The notes below the pieces were generated by a model. The model was not told where the DNA came from and did not search any database. It saw only the letters and a list, made by a program, of their open reading frames with translations. Below are positions 18,325 through 26,769 of a stretch of DNA of 32,000 nt, in pieces. The stretch lies in NCBI RefSeq assembly GCF_000299365.1, contig NC_018655.1:1080001-1112000 (forward strand), in the 5' to 3' direction. The position numbers and the translations under genes were made by a program. The first letter of the stretch is position 1, and each line of letters opens with the position of its first letter. This stretch comes from Candidatus Nitrosopumilus koreensis AR1. Its GTDB lineage: Archaea > Thermoproteota > Nitrososphaeria > Nitrososphaerales > Nitrosopumilaceae.

Positions 18325-18530
18325 CCTAATCTTCCTCATCAAGTTCTTTTGCCAATGCCTTAATTTCTAAAATTTTACAAGACAGTTCATTGCATTCAAT
18401 TTCATAATTATTCATACGAACAAATTGTAAAAAATATCAAAAAAATACAAACGTCCTAAAACTTGACTTTATTCATTTAATTTTTTTATTAAATAAAATC
18501 ACTTAATTTAAGAGAAAATAGACAATAGTT

Positions 18531-19040
18531 ATGGTTGAGTTTGATGAGGAACGAGAAGAAGCTACCAATCAAGCATTAAAAGTTCTTGAAGAATGGGGAG
18601 CAGAATCAAAATTCATCTGGTTTAGAGAATTACACAGAATCACAGATATTGACAAAGGTTTGTTACGAAATATCATCAATGACTTAAAAAAATCAAAAGA
18701 GATCAAAGAGATGCATGGAACAAACAACAGGATATTTTTCTGTCTTAGAAAATACTACATCAAGTGCAGAGATGTAGAGTTTAGATTCAAAGGAAAGGAA
18801 ATAATGCTAAGAGATGGAAGTAAAACAAAGATTATTGCAGGCGCAACAAAAGCAACAGAACGTACCAGAAAAAGATTAGAAAAACAGAAGAATAAACGTA
18901 GGGCAAAATCATTTACAAAAACAAAAACAAAAGACCTCACAAATCATAAAAAATCTTCTGCTTGTCTTCTTGCAAAATTAGATTCAGCTCGTTTTAGTTT
19001 TGCAGATTCAGCAACATCTTCAGTCATATCATATAGTTGA
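18531..19040 (+). CDS. hypothetical protein, winged-helix-like N-domain plus basic tail (169 aa)
   Basis: The ORF has an ATG start preceded by a T/A-rich TATA-like stretch. The N-terminal roughly 75 aa look wH-like (FRELHRITDIDKGLLRNIINDLKKSKEIKE). They are followed by a KR-rich tail. The last roughly 30 codons are antisense to the next gene. Confidence 0.5.
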   Translation: MVEFDEEREEATNQALKVLEEWGAESKFIWFRELHRITDIDKGLLRNIINDLKKSKEIKEMHGTNNRIFFCLRKYYIKCRDVEFRFKGKEIMLRDGSKTKIIAGATKATERTRKRLEKQKNKRRAKSFTKTKTKDLTNHKKSSACLLAKLDSARFSFADSATSSVISYS

Positions 19041-19174
19041 TGTAATTCCATTTCAGGAGTCAAAACATCTTCTTTTTCATCTTCTAATTCCAATTCAAGA
19101 TTGGCCAAAATTTCGACATTTTCTTCTAAAATGTCAAGACATTTTTTTACAGATTCAGGAAGGTCGTCATCCAT
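18944..19174 (-). CDS. hypothetical acidic small protein (76 aa)
   Basis: The ORF has an ATG start and a strongly acidic helical composition (LELELEDEKEDVLTPEMEL). It is convergent with 18531..19040 and overlaps it by 97 nt. Confidence 0.45.
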   Translation of the reverse strand: MDDDLPESVKKCLDILEENVEILANLELELEDEKEDVLTPEMELHQLYDMTEDVAESAKLKRAESNFARRQAEDFL

Positions 19175-19232
19175 GCATATTGTAAAATGTAGTAAAGTAA
19201 ATGACTTTCTGTATGTTATAGAATAAAACGCC

Positions 19233-20339
19233 TTATTGTTTGGCTTTTTCTCTTAGAGCAGGCATTACATGACTGGCAAATTTATCAATAGAGCCAAAGT
19301 AATTCTTACCCCAGAATCTAATTACAAAGTGATTAACACCTGCATCCATGAATCTTTCAAATGTTGGAATGATATCATCAGGAGTTCCAACTGCCGTTGA
19401 AGAACGTGCAACAGGTTCAGGTATTTTGGTTGCAGCTTCTCTCATCTTTACAATCCAATCTTGATTAGACATTGAATATTCTGTAAAGTATTTTCTAAAG
19501 TCAAAACCTTCAATTTCTTTTAGACCGTGAACACGAAGAATTTCTGGTTTAAACAAACTGACCTTGACTGCCTCTTTCATTCTTGCCCAGGATTCTTCTG
19601 CGTCTTCAGAAAAGTAGACATCAATATCAAGTGCATATTGGAAGTTGTCTTTTTCTTCTTGAGTTCTATTGTTTTCATCCATAGATTTTTGAATTTGTTT
19701 TGCATGGTCTTCAAAGAGTTCTGGAGTGTAACCGATTGGCAACCAACCATCTCCGAGTTTTCCTGTTAATGCAAGTGTACGGGTACCGCCTGCTGCCATG
19801 TAAGTTGGAGGACGGGGTTTTCTAATTGGAGGTGCTTGCAGACATGCACCTTCAAGTTTGTAGTATTTTCCATCATAGTTTACAGTGTCATCAGGAGTGG
19901 ATTTGTATAAAGTATGAATAGTTTCAATTTGTTCTTCCCATTTTGAAACTGGTTTTTCAAATGGAATGCAAAATTCTTTTAGGTTTTGAGCCTCACCAGC
20001 ACCAATTCCAAGAATTGCTCTGCCCTTTGAGACCCTATCAAGAGTAATTGCAGCAAGTGCAATGTTTGATGGGTGTCTTCTAATAGCATCAGTTACACAA
20101 GTTCCAAGTTCAACATTGTTTGTAACTGCAGCAATGGCTGAAAGCATGACCCAAGGATCTAATACAATAGCATTTTTCCATTGAGGAACATTGGTGTGGT
20201 CCATATAGAAAATAGAATCATAACCAGTTTTATCGGCAAGCATACATGCAGTTAAGATTTGATCTTCAGTATATCCGGCTCTTGCAACATTTAGGCCGTT
20301 TTGAATACCAAATTTGAGTTTATTTTGAGTCAAGTACAT
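19233..20339 (-). CDS. LLM-class (luciferase-like) probable F420-dependent oxidoreductase
   Basis: 368 aa. The LLM TIM-barrel pattern is present: YDSIFYMDH, DRVSKGRAILGIGAGE and a C-terminal HFVIRF. Confidence 0.8.
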   Translation of the reverse strand: MYLTQNKLKFGIQNGLNVARAGYTEDQILTACMLADKTGYDSIFYMDHTNVPQWKNAIVLDPWVMLSAIAAVTNNVELGTCVTDAIRRHPSNIALAAITLDRVSKGRAILGIGAGEAQNLKEFCIPFEKPVSKWEEQIETIHTLYKSTPDDTVNYDGKYYKLEGACLQAPPIRKPRPPTYMAAGGTRTLALTGKLGDGWLPIGYTPELFEDHAKQIQKSMDENNRTQEEKDNFQYALDIDVYFSEDAEESWARMKEAVKVSLFKPEILRVHGLKEIEGFDFRKYFTEYSMSNQDWIVKMREAATKIPEPVARSSTAVGTPDDIIPTFERFMDAGVNHFVIRFWGKNYFGSIDKFASHVMPALREKAKQ

Positions 20340-20433
20340 TTACGTTGAATCATTAGAATAAAAAGTTTAATCAAGCTGCCAATTTCGCAACTATTCAAGA
20401 AAATAGAAAAAAGGTAAAAAATTTATGAATTTT

Positions 20434-21378
20434 TTACAAATTGCCTGCTTTGATATCTTCAAGACATTTTATAACATCGTCTTTTGATATTGGAATTGGA
20501 TTTGGATCCAAATGTCCTTTATCAGTCATTACGACATCAGCAGCTTCAGAAACATCGGCTTTGAGTTCTAATTTATCAAATCCTAGTTTATCCATTGCCT
20601 CTTTGAATCTGTCATAGAAGATAGATTTGTTATGTTTGTGAGCAACTGTGGTACATGATGAAAGGGAATAACCATGTGGCACACCCTCATTTGAGAATAC
20701 ATAGGACAAAGCATGTCCAAGGGTTGTAGAACAATTACCAAATCCCATACCAGACAACATTGAACCATAAGGATAGTTTTCTGGTTTGTCATTCATAATT
20801 GCATCATAAAGAATCTCAAATGCTTGTTTACATAGAGTTCTAGTCAAGTCATTACCAAGTTTGCTATCATAGCCTTCAGTAGCTTGAGCACATGCATCAC
20901 AGACAGAGTTTTTGATGACTTGTTCAGGAGTTCCATCCATGAAATATGAATCGACTACTGCCATGTCAGCTAAGAATCTGTCTTCACGTAACAATTTCTT
21001 TTTGCCATCAAATTTGAGAACACAATAAGTTGTCATTTCTGCTCCGGTTCCGAAGGTTGTTGGAATTAAGATCTTTTCTTTTTTCATCTCAGGTGCAGCA
21101 TATTTTACTACATCCATTGAACTTCCACCACCCAATCCAATTAAGACAGAGGGGTTTTTGTCTTTGAATTGTGAAATAACAGCATTGACATCATCAATTG
21201 ATGGTTCAGGTTTTACTTGGTCATACAGCATATAATCCTGAATTCCCATTCTTGCAATCCATTTGTCAGATAGTTCTGGAGGAACTGTTGTGACAATTAG
21301 TGCATTTTTAGGATATTCTGTTTCACCAAGTGCATTTTCTCCAAAGTTGATAACTTTTGGAATGCGTACTGTTTGCAT
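20434..21378 (-). CDS. iron-containing (group III) alcohol dehydrogenase family protein
   Basis: 314 aa. It has GLGGGSSMDVVKYAA (the GGGSxxD motif) and the His-rich metal site GHALSYVFSNEGVPHG. Confidence 0.85.
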   Translation of the reverse strand: MQTVRIPKVINFGENALGETEYPKNALIVTTVPPELSDKWIARMGIQDYMLYDQVKPEPSIDDVNAVISQFKDKNPSVLIGLGGGSSMDVVKYAAPEMKKEKILIPTTFGTGAEMTTYCVLKFDGKKKLLREDRFLADMAVVDSYFMDGTPEQVIKNSVCDACAQATEGYDSKLGNDLTRTLCKQAFEILYDAIMNDKPENYPYGSMLSGMGFGNCSTTLGHALSYVFSNEGVPHGYSLSSCTTVAHKHNKSIFYDRFKEAMDKLGFDKLELKADVSEAADVVMTDKGHLDPNPIPISKDDVIKCLEDIKAGNL

Positions 21379-21418
21379 AGATCAACAGCATCATTGATTA
21401 TTATTATATCTTGCATTA

Positions 21419-22426
21419 TTGAGAAAGTACATGAGCATTCAAAATTTTGAAGAGTTGGCAACAAATGACAAGAAAAGAGAGTGTTTAGAGATTTTAGAAT
21501 CAGGACTCAATGCAGCAAATCCTGAAAACATTATCTCAAAGTATGTAACACCTGAAAAAATCAAGATTAATGGTAAAACCATCGACATTACAAAATATTC
21601 TAACATTTACTCTGTTGCATTTGGAAAAGCGGGAGATTCAATGACAAGAGCGCTTAATACCATAATTCCAATTAAAAGTGGAATCATAGTAATTCCCAAA
21701 GGCTCAAAGTCAGTAATTAAGAGTAAAAAATTCCAAATATTCAATTCTAGGCATCCAGAACCTGATCAAACCAGTGTAAAAGCAGCAAAAGAAGTAATGA
21801 AATTTGTACAAAACAAAAAAAGTGATGAACTAATAATTTTTCTAGTTTCAGGAGGAGGGTCATCACTTTTGGCCATGCCAAATGATATAACATTAGATGA
21901 CAAAATCTTTGTTACAAAATTACTACTAAAATCAGGAGCAACCATTCAAGAATTTAATTGTGTTAGAAAACATCTCTCAAAAATCAAAGGTGGAAGACTA
22001 GTTGAAAACATGAAATGCCAAGGAGTGAGTTTGATAATGTCAGATGTTGAAGGTGACGATCTTTCGTCTATTGCATCAGGTACAACATACATGGACAACA
22101 CAACATTTTCAGATGCGTTAGAAATTTTAGAAAAATACAAGTTAAAAAGAAAAACCCCAATTGAGGTTTTACAGGTTTTAGAAAAAGGATTAGAAAATGA
22201 AAAATTAGAAACTCCAAAAAAATACAAAATTGAAAACCAAGTAATAGCAAATAATGGAGATTGCCTCAAAGCAATGGAAATACAAGCAAAAAAGAAAGGG
22301 TACAAAGTCAAAACAATACAAGTTTTCGGAGATATTAAAGAGGCAGTAAAAAAATTCTTGAGAATATTTCTGAAGAGCAAAAAACATGTCTGCTTTTTGG
22401 AGGAGAAACAACTGTCAAAGTTTTAG
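21419..22426 (+). CDS. glycerate kinase-like protein (DUF4147 + MOFRL family), N-terminal fragment (gene interrupted by frameshift)
   Basis: The motifs FLVSGGGSSLL and RKHLSKIKGG are typical of the glycerate 2-kinase / TtuD family. The tail after ...KEAVKK is out of frame. A likelier start is the ATG at 21431. Confidence 0.85.
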   Translation: MRKYMSIQNFEELATNDKKRECLEILESGLNAANPENIISKYVTPEKIKINGKTIDITKYSNIYSVAFGKAGDSMTRALNTIIPIKSGIIVIPKGSKSVIKSKKFQIFNSRHPEPDQTSVKAAKEVMKFVQNKKSDELIIFLVSGGGSSLLAMPNDITLDDKIFVTKLLLKSGATIQEFNCVRKHLSKIKGGRLVENMKCQGVSLIMSDVEGDDLSSIASGTTYMDNTTFSDALEILEKYKLKRKTPIEVLQVLEKGLENEKLETPKKYKIENQVIANNGDCLKAMEIQAKKKGYKVKTIQVFGDIKEAVKKFLRIFLKSKKHVCFLEEKQLSKF

Positions 22427-22434
22427 GAAAAGGA

Positions 22435-22707
22435 ATGGGTGGAAGAAATCAAGAATTAGTTCTAAGACTTTTGAAGAACACTCAAAAATTCAAAAAAATA
22501 GTTATAGCATCAATGGGAACTGATGGGATCGACGGGAATTCAGTATTTGCAGGAGCAATTACTGAGAATGTCAAAGTAGACCTAAACATCATGAAAGAAT
22601 TTCTAAAAAATAGCGATTCAGGTAGGTTCTTCCAAAAACAAAAGGGGAGCATCATCACAGATTTTACACATACAAATCTCATGGACATAGGTACGATTTT
22701 GAGATAA
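22435..22707 (+). CDS. glycerate kinase-like protein, C-terminal MOFRL fragment
   Basis: The frame is open from 22339 and reads KKILENISEEQKTCLLFGGETTVKVLGKGMGGRNQELVL...GTDGIDG...THTNLMDIG, which is the conserved MOFRL core. Confidence 0.8.
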   Translation: MGGRNQELVLRLLKNTQKFKKIVIASMGTDGIDGNSVFAGAITENVKVDLNIMKEFLKNSDSGRFFQKQKGSIITDFTHTNLMDIGTILR

Positions 22708-22768
22708 ATCACAGATTGGGACAAATGATCTTTTAATATTATAATGACGCATTATAACCAGAAAACCC

Positions 22769-23005
22769 TTGCTTGAAAAACAATTCAACCCAGATGTATT
22801 GTATAACAGAGTGGTTCATTTCTATATGGACAAAAAAGGATACACTAAGGAAAAAGCAAATGAGATTGCACAATCAGTGGTTCAAAAAGAAGCTCAAAGA
22901 AGAATTTGTAAGAATGAAAAATGTAAACATTTTTCCCACGATCATATTAGAAATTCTGAAACCTGTCTAGTTGGCGATTGTGACTGTCATGAATTTATCA
23001 AGTAA
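22769..23005 (+). CDS. hypothetical small Cys/His-rich protein (78 aa)
   Basis: The ORF has a TTG start (an internal ATG at YMDKK is possible). The C-terminus CKNEKCKHFSHDHIRNSETCLVGDCDCHEF suggests metal binding. It overlaps the convergent gene by 8 nt. Confidence 0.45.
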   Translation: MLEKQFNPDVLYNRVVHFYMDKKGYTKEKANEIAQSVVQKEAQRRICKNEKCKHFSHDHIRNSETCLVGDCDCHEFIK

Positions 23006-23981
23006 AATCATCTAAAGAATTTTCCAGTAATGGTTGAGCGCTAATTCCAAGTTTTTTCTTTAGATGTTCTGCAAATTCTTCAACAAAGCCATGTATTGTG
23101 TAGACTTGTTCAGCACCGGATTGGATTACCATATTTACAAGTTCATCAAAATCACAATGATCACTCATAGGAATTGAGTAGTCTGTTCGTCTGCCAAAAG
23201 AAAACTTTGTTGATTGGGCCCAGCCACTAAAACCAATCGTTACTGCACCATATTTTAATTTCATATCTTGAATGAATTTACTTTTACTTGACATCATAGG
23301 TGCAACCATTATCCACGGTTTTTTATCCAACAATCCATTTTTTTGAGCCTCAGAATGCCCAACTCCATCTTTTAGAGACACACCAAATTTTTGATGCAGA
23401 GTGTTCATCTCTTTTACAGAATCATGAAAATAAAGAGGTCCCCAATGTCCAAAGAGTTGAGTGATAGTTTGCGCCTTGCCAAGTTGATATCCCATCAAAA
23501 TAACAGGGATACCTTTACCATATAGTTCTGAAATTAATTCATTTACTTGTTTTTGTATTTCATCCATTTTAGGAAATACAAATTCGGGTAGACCAAATGT
23601 ACATTCAGTGATTAGTGTTTTGCATTTTGGAACTTTTGCACCTTGAAGAAATCCCCTAGTACGTGTACAGATATCTCCGGTGTAAAATATGTCATCAAAA
23701 AGAAGTCCCTTTGCTCCAAGGATATGCCCACTATCAATTAATGAAAAATCATCAAGATATTCAACATGGTTTTTCATTTTAAATCCGCGCAAATTAGCAA
23801 TTTCACTTGTTTCGATAGAAGCCAGAATTGTTCCGCCATTTTTTGAAGGAACATGATCGGCATGAGCATGAGATACAAAATTTATTCCTGTGGCATCAGC
23901 GTTTTTTGGATCTAAACAAACACGTCTATCATTTACCTCACACAGGATTCCATTTTTTGTCATCTTGACTTTTCTAGGCAA
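22998..23981 (-). CDS. metallo-beta-lactamase-fold hydrolase, short beta-CASP-like nuclease
   Basis: 327 aa. It has the HxHxDH motif (VSHAHADHV), a downstream GHILGA, and a C-terminal MSDHCDF resembling beta-CASP motif C. Confidence 0.8.
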   Translation of the reverse strand: MPRKVKMTKNGILCEVNDRRVCLDPKNADATGINFVSHAHADHVPSKNGGTILASIETSEIANLRGFKMKNHVEYLDDFSLIDSGHILGAKGLLFDDIFYTGDICTRTRGFLQGAKVPKCKTLITECTFGLPEFVFPKMDEIQKQVNELISELYGKGIPVILMGYQLGKAQTITQLFGHWGPLYFHDSVKEMNTLHQKFGVSLKDGVGHSEAQKNGLLDKKPWIMVAPMMSSKSKFIQDMKLKYGAVTIGFSGWAQSTKFSFGRRTDYSIPMSDHCDFDELVNMVIQSGAEQVYTIHGFVEEFAEHLKKKLGISAQPLLENSLDDFT

Positions 23982-24039
23982 TGAAAATGAAGAAAATAAG
24001 ATTTGATATAAATTGCAGGTTTGATCTACTATTGACTAG

Positions 24040-24657
24040 TTGCTAAATCTTGGAATTTTAATCTCAGGTCGTGGAAGCAACATGGAATCTATCCTAAAGG
24101 CAATTAAGAAAAAAAAGATACCAATTAACCCAGCAATAGTAATTTCAAATAAACCAGATGCAAAGGGTCTAAAAATTGCACAAAAACTTGGAATCAATAC
24201 AGAAGTTGTTGAAAGTAAAGGGTTCAAGGGAAACAGAGCAGAATATGATGAAAAAATCATGGAGGTCTTGACAAAATATGGAGTTTCACCAAGAAATGGG
24301 CTAGTGTGTCTAGCAGGTTTTATGAGAATAATTAGTCCAGAATTTGTAAAAAAATACAAAAATAGAATAATTAACATTCATCCTGCACTTTTGCCTTCAT
24401 TTCCAGGACTAGATGCACAAAAACAGGCATTAGATTATGGTGCAAAATTTTCAGGATGTACAGTACATTTTGTAGATTCAGGAATGGATACAGGCCCAGT
24501 AATAATTCAGTCAGTTGTCAGAGTAAAAGAAAATGATACTGAGCATTCACTATCAAAAAGAATTCTAAAAGAAGAACACAAAATTTACCCTGAGGCAGTG
24601 AATCTATTTGCAAGAAAAAAGATCAAAGTACATGGTCGTAAAACAAAGATCGGTTAA
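24040..24657 (+). CDS. purN: phosphoribosylglycinamide formyltransferase
   Basis: It reads GILISGRGSNMESIL ... INIHPALLPSFPGLDAQKQAL ... SGCTVHFVDSGMDTGPVIIQ. It has a TTG start. Confidence 0.9.
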   Translation: MLNLGILISGRGSNMESILKAIKKKKIPINPAIVISNKPDAKGLKIAQKLGINTEVVESKGFKGNRAEYDEKIMEVLTKYGVSPRNGLVCLAGFMRIISPEFVKKYKNRIINIHPALLPSFPGLDAQKQALDYGAKFSGCTVHFVDSGMDTGPVIIQSVVRVKENDTEHSLSKRILKEEHKIYPEAVNLFARKKIKVHGRKTKIG

Positions 24658-24974
24658 GAATCAGGGCCACCAAAAAAATACAATACCTTTAGTTCTTTTG
24701 TGTTACCATGAAAATAATGTTCGATGTCTTTTGCAACAAAAAATAGTTTGTCTTTTGAAACCTTGTAATCATTATCTTTAATTCGTAAAAATCCATTGCC
24801 AGATATTACATAATAAACTTCATCACTTTCATGAGGGGTTTGAGTATCTTCTTCTCCAGGTTGTAGTGTTAAAACACCAACAGCTAAACTTTCTCGATTA
24901 ATAAAAGTATAAAAATAATCACTGCCGTTTTTAGTTTTTTCTAGATATTGGTTTAAATCAAATTCTAGTTTCAA
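24654..24974 (-). CDS. cupin-domain protein
   Basis: 106 aa with a TTG start 1 nt after the ABM gene stop. The cupin motifs are PHESDEVYYVISGNG and DIEHYFHG. Confidence 0.75.
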   Translation of the reverse strand: MKLEFDLNQYLEKTKNGSDYFYTFINRESLAVGVLTLQPGEEDTQTPHESDEVYYVISGNGFLRIKDNDYKVSKDKLFFVAKDIEHYFHGNTKELKVLYFFGGPDS

Positions 24975-24975
24975 T

Positions 24976-25260
24976 TTATTCAGCAGCTACTGTGTATGTT
25001 TTTCTTTGAGGGGGCTCACTCATGTAAGAATGTCCTTGTGGGTGAAGTTTTTCATGTTCGGGACTGTTATGCATTTTGATAAATGTCTCCTTGCTTTCAT
25101 GCTCTACAACAATTCTATAACTCCCATCAGTTGATTTTAGGAATTTTCTAGATATGAATCCAGGAAAGTTTGCTAGAACTTTATTTGATTCTGAAAACCA
25201 ATTTTTGAAGTCATCTTCAGCGCCATCTTTGAGTTGAACGTCTGCTATCATTACAAACAT
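24976..25260 (-). CDS. ABM (antibiotic biosynthesis monooxygenase-like) domain protein
   Basis: 94 aa. The ferredoxin-like ABM pattern is present: FKNWFSESNKVLANFPGFISRKFLKS...YRIVVEHESKETF. Confidence 0.65.
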   Translation of the reverse strand: MFVMIADVQLKDGAEDDFKNWFSESNKVLANFPGFISRKFLKSTDGSYRIVVEHESKETFIKMHNSPEHEKLHPQGHSYMSEPPQRKTYTVAAE

Positions 25261-25352
25261 ATCATCACTAGAAAAAAATGGCGTTAAATTTCTTTTCTAA
25301 GATTCCAATAGTGGAATCCAAGAATTAAATATCTACAATTCAAAAACATACT

Positions 25353-26222
25353 ATGACAGGGACCAAAATTGATGGCAAGATAATTGCACAGTCAGTCAAA
25401 GACAGGGTGAAAAAAGCAGTAGAGGAATTAAAGACTCAAGGAATCAACCCATGCCTAGCAACGGTTCTTGTAGGCAACAATCCAGCTTCTGCCACCTATG
25501 TTAGAAACAAACACAAGGCGTGTGAGGAGGTAGGAATTGCTACAAAAGATCATAAACTTGATGCAAATACAACCCAAGTTCAACTTAATGAGATTATTGA
25601 AAATTTGAATAATGATAATTCAGTACATGGTATTCTTGTTCAATTACCACTACCAGAACAATTAGATGAATTTATCACAACATCAAGAATTTCCCCATTA
25701 AAGGATGTTGACGGATTGACCCCACACAATGCAGGATTGTTAGCAATGAAAAAAGCTGCTCTTGTTGCATGCACACCATCAGGAGTAATGGAGATGTTTG
25801 ATTATCATGGAATAGATTTGGAAGGAAAAAATATTGTATTAATTAACAGAAGTAATCTTGTAGGAAAACCACTATATCATTTGCTATTAGACAAAAATGC
25901 AACAGTCATTACATGTCATTCCAGAACTAGAAACTTGACAGAGTTGTGCAAATCAGCAGACATAATCATTACAGCAGTAGGAGACCGAAACAAATTCACA
26001 TTAACATCAGACATGATAAAAGAAGGGGCAGTTGTTATTGACGTTGCAATATCAAGATTTCAAGAAAAATTAGTTGGAGATGCAGACTTTGAAGATATTA
26101 TTCAAAAGGCATCTTTTGCAACACCGGTACCAGGTGGAGTTGGTCCGATGACAGTTGCAATGCTTTTAAAAAACACAATAACTGCAGCATCATTGAGTAG
26201 TCAAATTGGACGACAATCCTGA
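25353..26222 (+). CDS. folD: bifunctional methylenetetrahydrofolate dehydrogenase / methenyl-THF cyclohydrolase
   Basis: It reads LATVLVGNNPASATYVRNKHKACEEVGI ... GILVQLPLP ... TPVPGGVGPMTVAMLLKNT. Confidence 0.95.
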   Translation: MTGTKIDGKIIAQSVKDRVKKAVEELKTQGINPCLATVLVGNNPASATYVRNKHKACEEVGIATKDHKLDANTTQVQLNEIIENLNNDNSVHGILVQLPLPEQLDEFITTSRISPLKDVDGLTPHNAGLLAMKKAALVACTPSGVMEMFDYHGIDLEGKNIVLINRSNLVGKPLYHLLLDKNATVITCHSRTRNLTELCKSADIIITAVGDRNKFTLTSDMIKEGAVVIDVAISRFQEKLVGDADFEDIIQKASFATPVPGGVGPMTVAMLLKNTITAASLSSQIGRQS

Positions 26223-26769
26223 AAAAAAATCAATTCGTAGTATTCTTTTAGAAAAAAGAGACAACACATCATTTGATTTGATGAAGATTGCAAGTGAAAA
26301 AATCAACAAGAAATTAAAAAAAATCAAGGCATTTAGTGATGCACAAAAAATTGGTGTGTATTATCCAATTGGAAGTGAGATCTTTACTCAAGACATCATC
26401 CAAGAATTACTTAGCAAAGGAAAAGAGGTGTATCTCCCAAGAGTGTCAGAAAACAATATAGATTTCAAGAAAATTACTGATTTTTCGAGCCTGGAAAAGG
26501 GTAATTTTGACATAATGGAGCCAAAAATAGTATGCGAGACAGAGAATAATCTGGATGTAGTTTTAGTACCAACAGTAGGAATAACCCCAAAGGGAGTCAG
26601 ATTAGGATACGGACATGGGTTTTATGACAGATTTCTAGCAAAACACAAAACCACCACAATTTCTTTGACTTTGGAAAAACAAATTGTAAAAAATATTCCA
26701 AAATCAGAACATGACATGTTAATTGATTGGATTGTAACTGAAGACAGAGTTTTAAAAACTCAAAGATAA
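26206..26769 (+). CDS. 5-formyltetrahydrofolate cyclo-ligase
   Basis: 187 aa with a TTG start overlapping the folD end. The motifs are IRSILLEKRDN, VYLPRV, LDVVLVPTVGITPKGVRLGYGHGFYDRFL. Confidence 0.85.
   Translation: MDDNPEKKSIRSILLEKRDNTSFDLMKIASEKINKKLKKIKAFSDAQKIGVYYPIGSEIFTQDIIQELLSKGKEVYLPRVSENNIDFKKITDFSSLEKGNFDIMEPKIVCETENNLDVVLVPTVGITPKGVRLGYGHGFYDRFLAKHKTTTISLTLEKQIVKNIPKSEHDMLIDWIVTEDRVLKTQR

Noticed and set aside
18326-18415. A 29-codon minus-strand ORF (MNNYEIECNELSCKILEIKALAKELDEEE-like). A 23-codon plus-strand ORF at 31366..31437 was also noted.
   Set aside because: Both are too short to support from sequence alone. They have no motif and no convincing promoter spacing. The second coincides with the inverted repeat, which explains the sequence better.
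22773-22970. An alternative 65-aa plus-strand ORF overlapping 22769..23005.
   Set aside because: It lies in a different frame of the same stretch. The 78-aa frame has an ordered Cys/His motif, whereas this frame is Lys-rich and featureless.
24036-24377. The 113-aa minus-strand ORF opposite purN, and similar antisense or off-frame ORFs elsewhere. These include 896..1090, 1032..1265, 2367..2624, 3214..3603, 4741..4959, 5665..5970, 10458..10673, 13466..13657, 15821..16183, 21946..22380, 22482..22724, 27688..27960, 28060..28359 and 29350..29748.
   Set aside because: All lie inside, antisense to, or out of frame with, genes that have strong family motifs. Their translations are low-complexity (F/L/I/S-rich), as expected from AT-rich non-coding frames.
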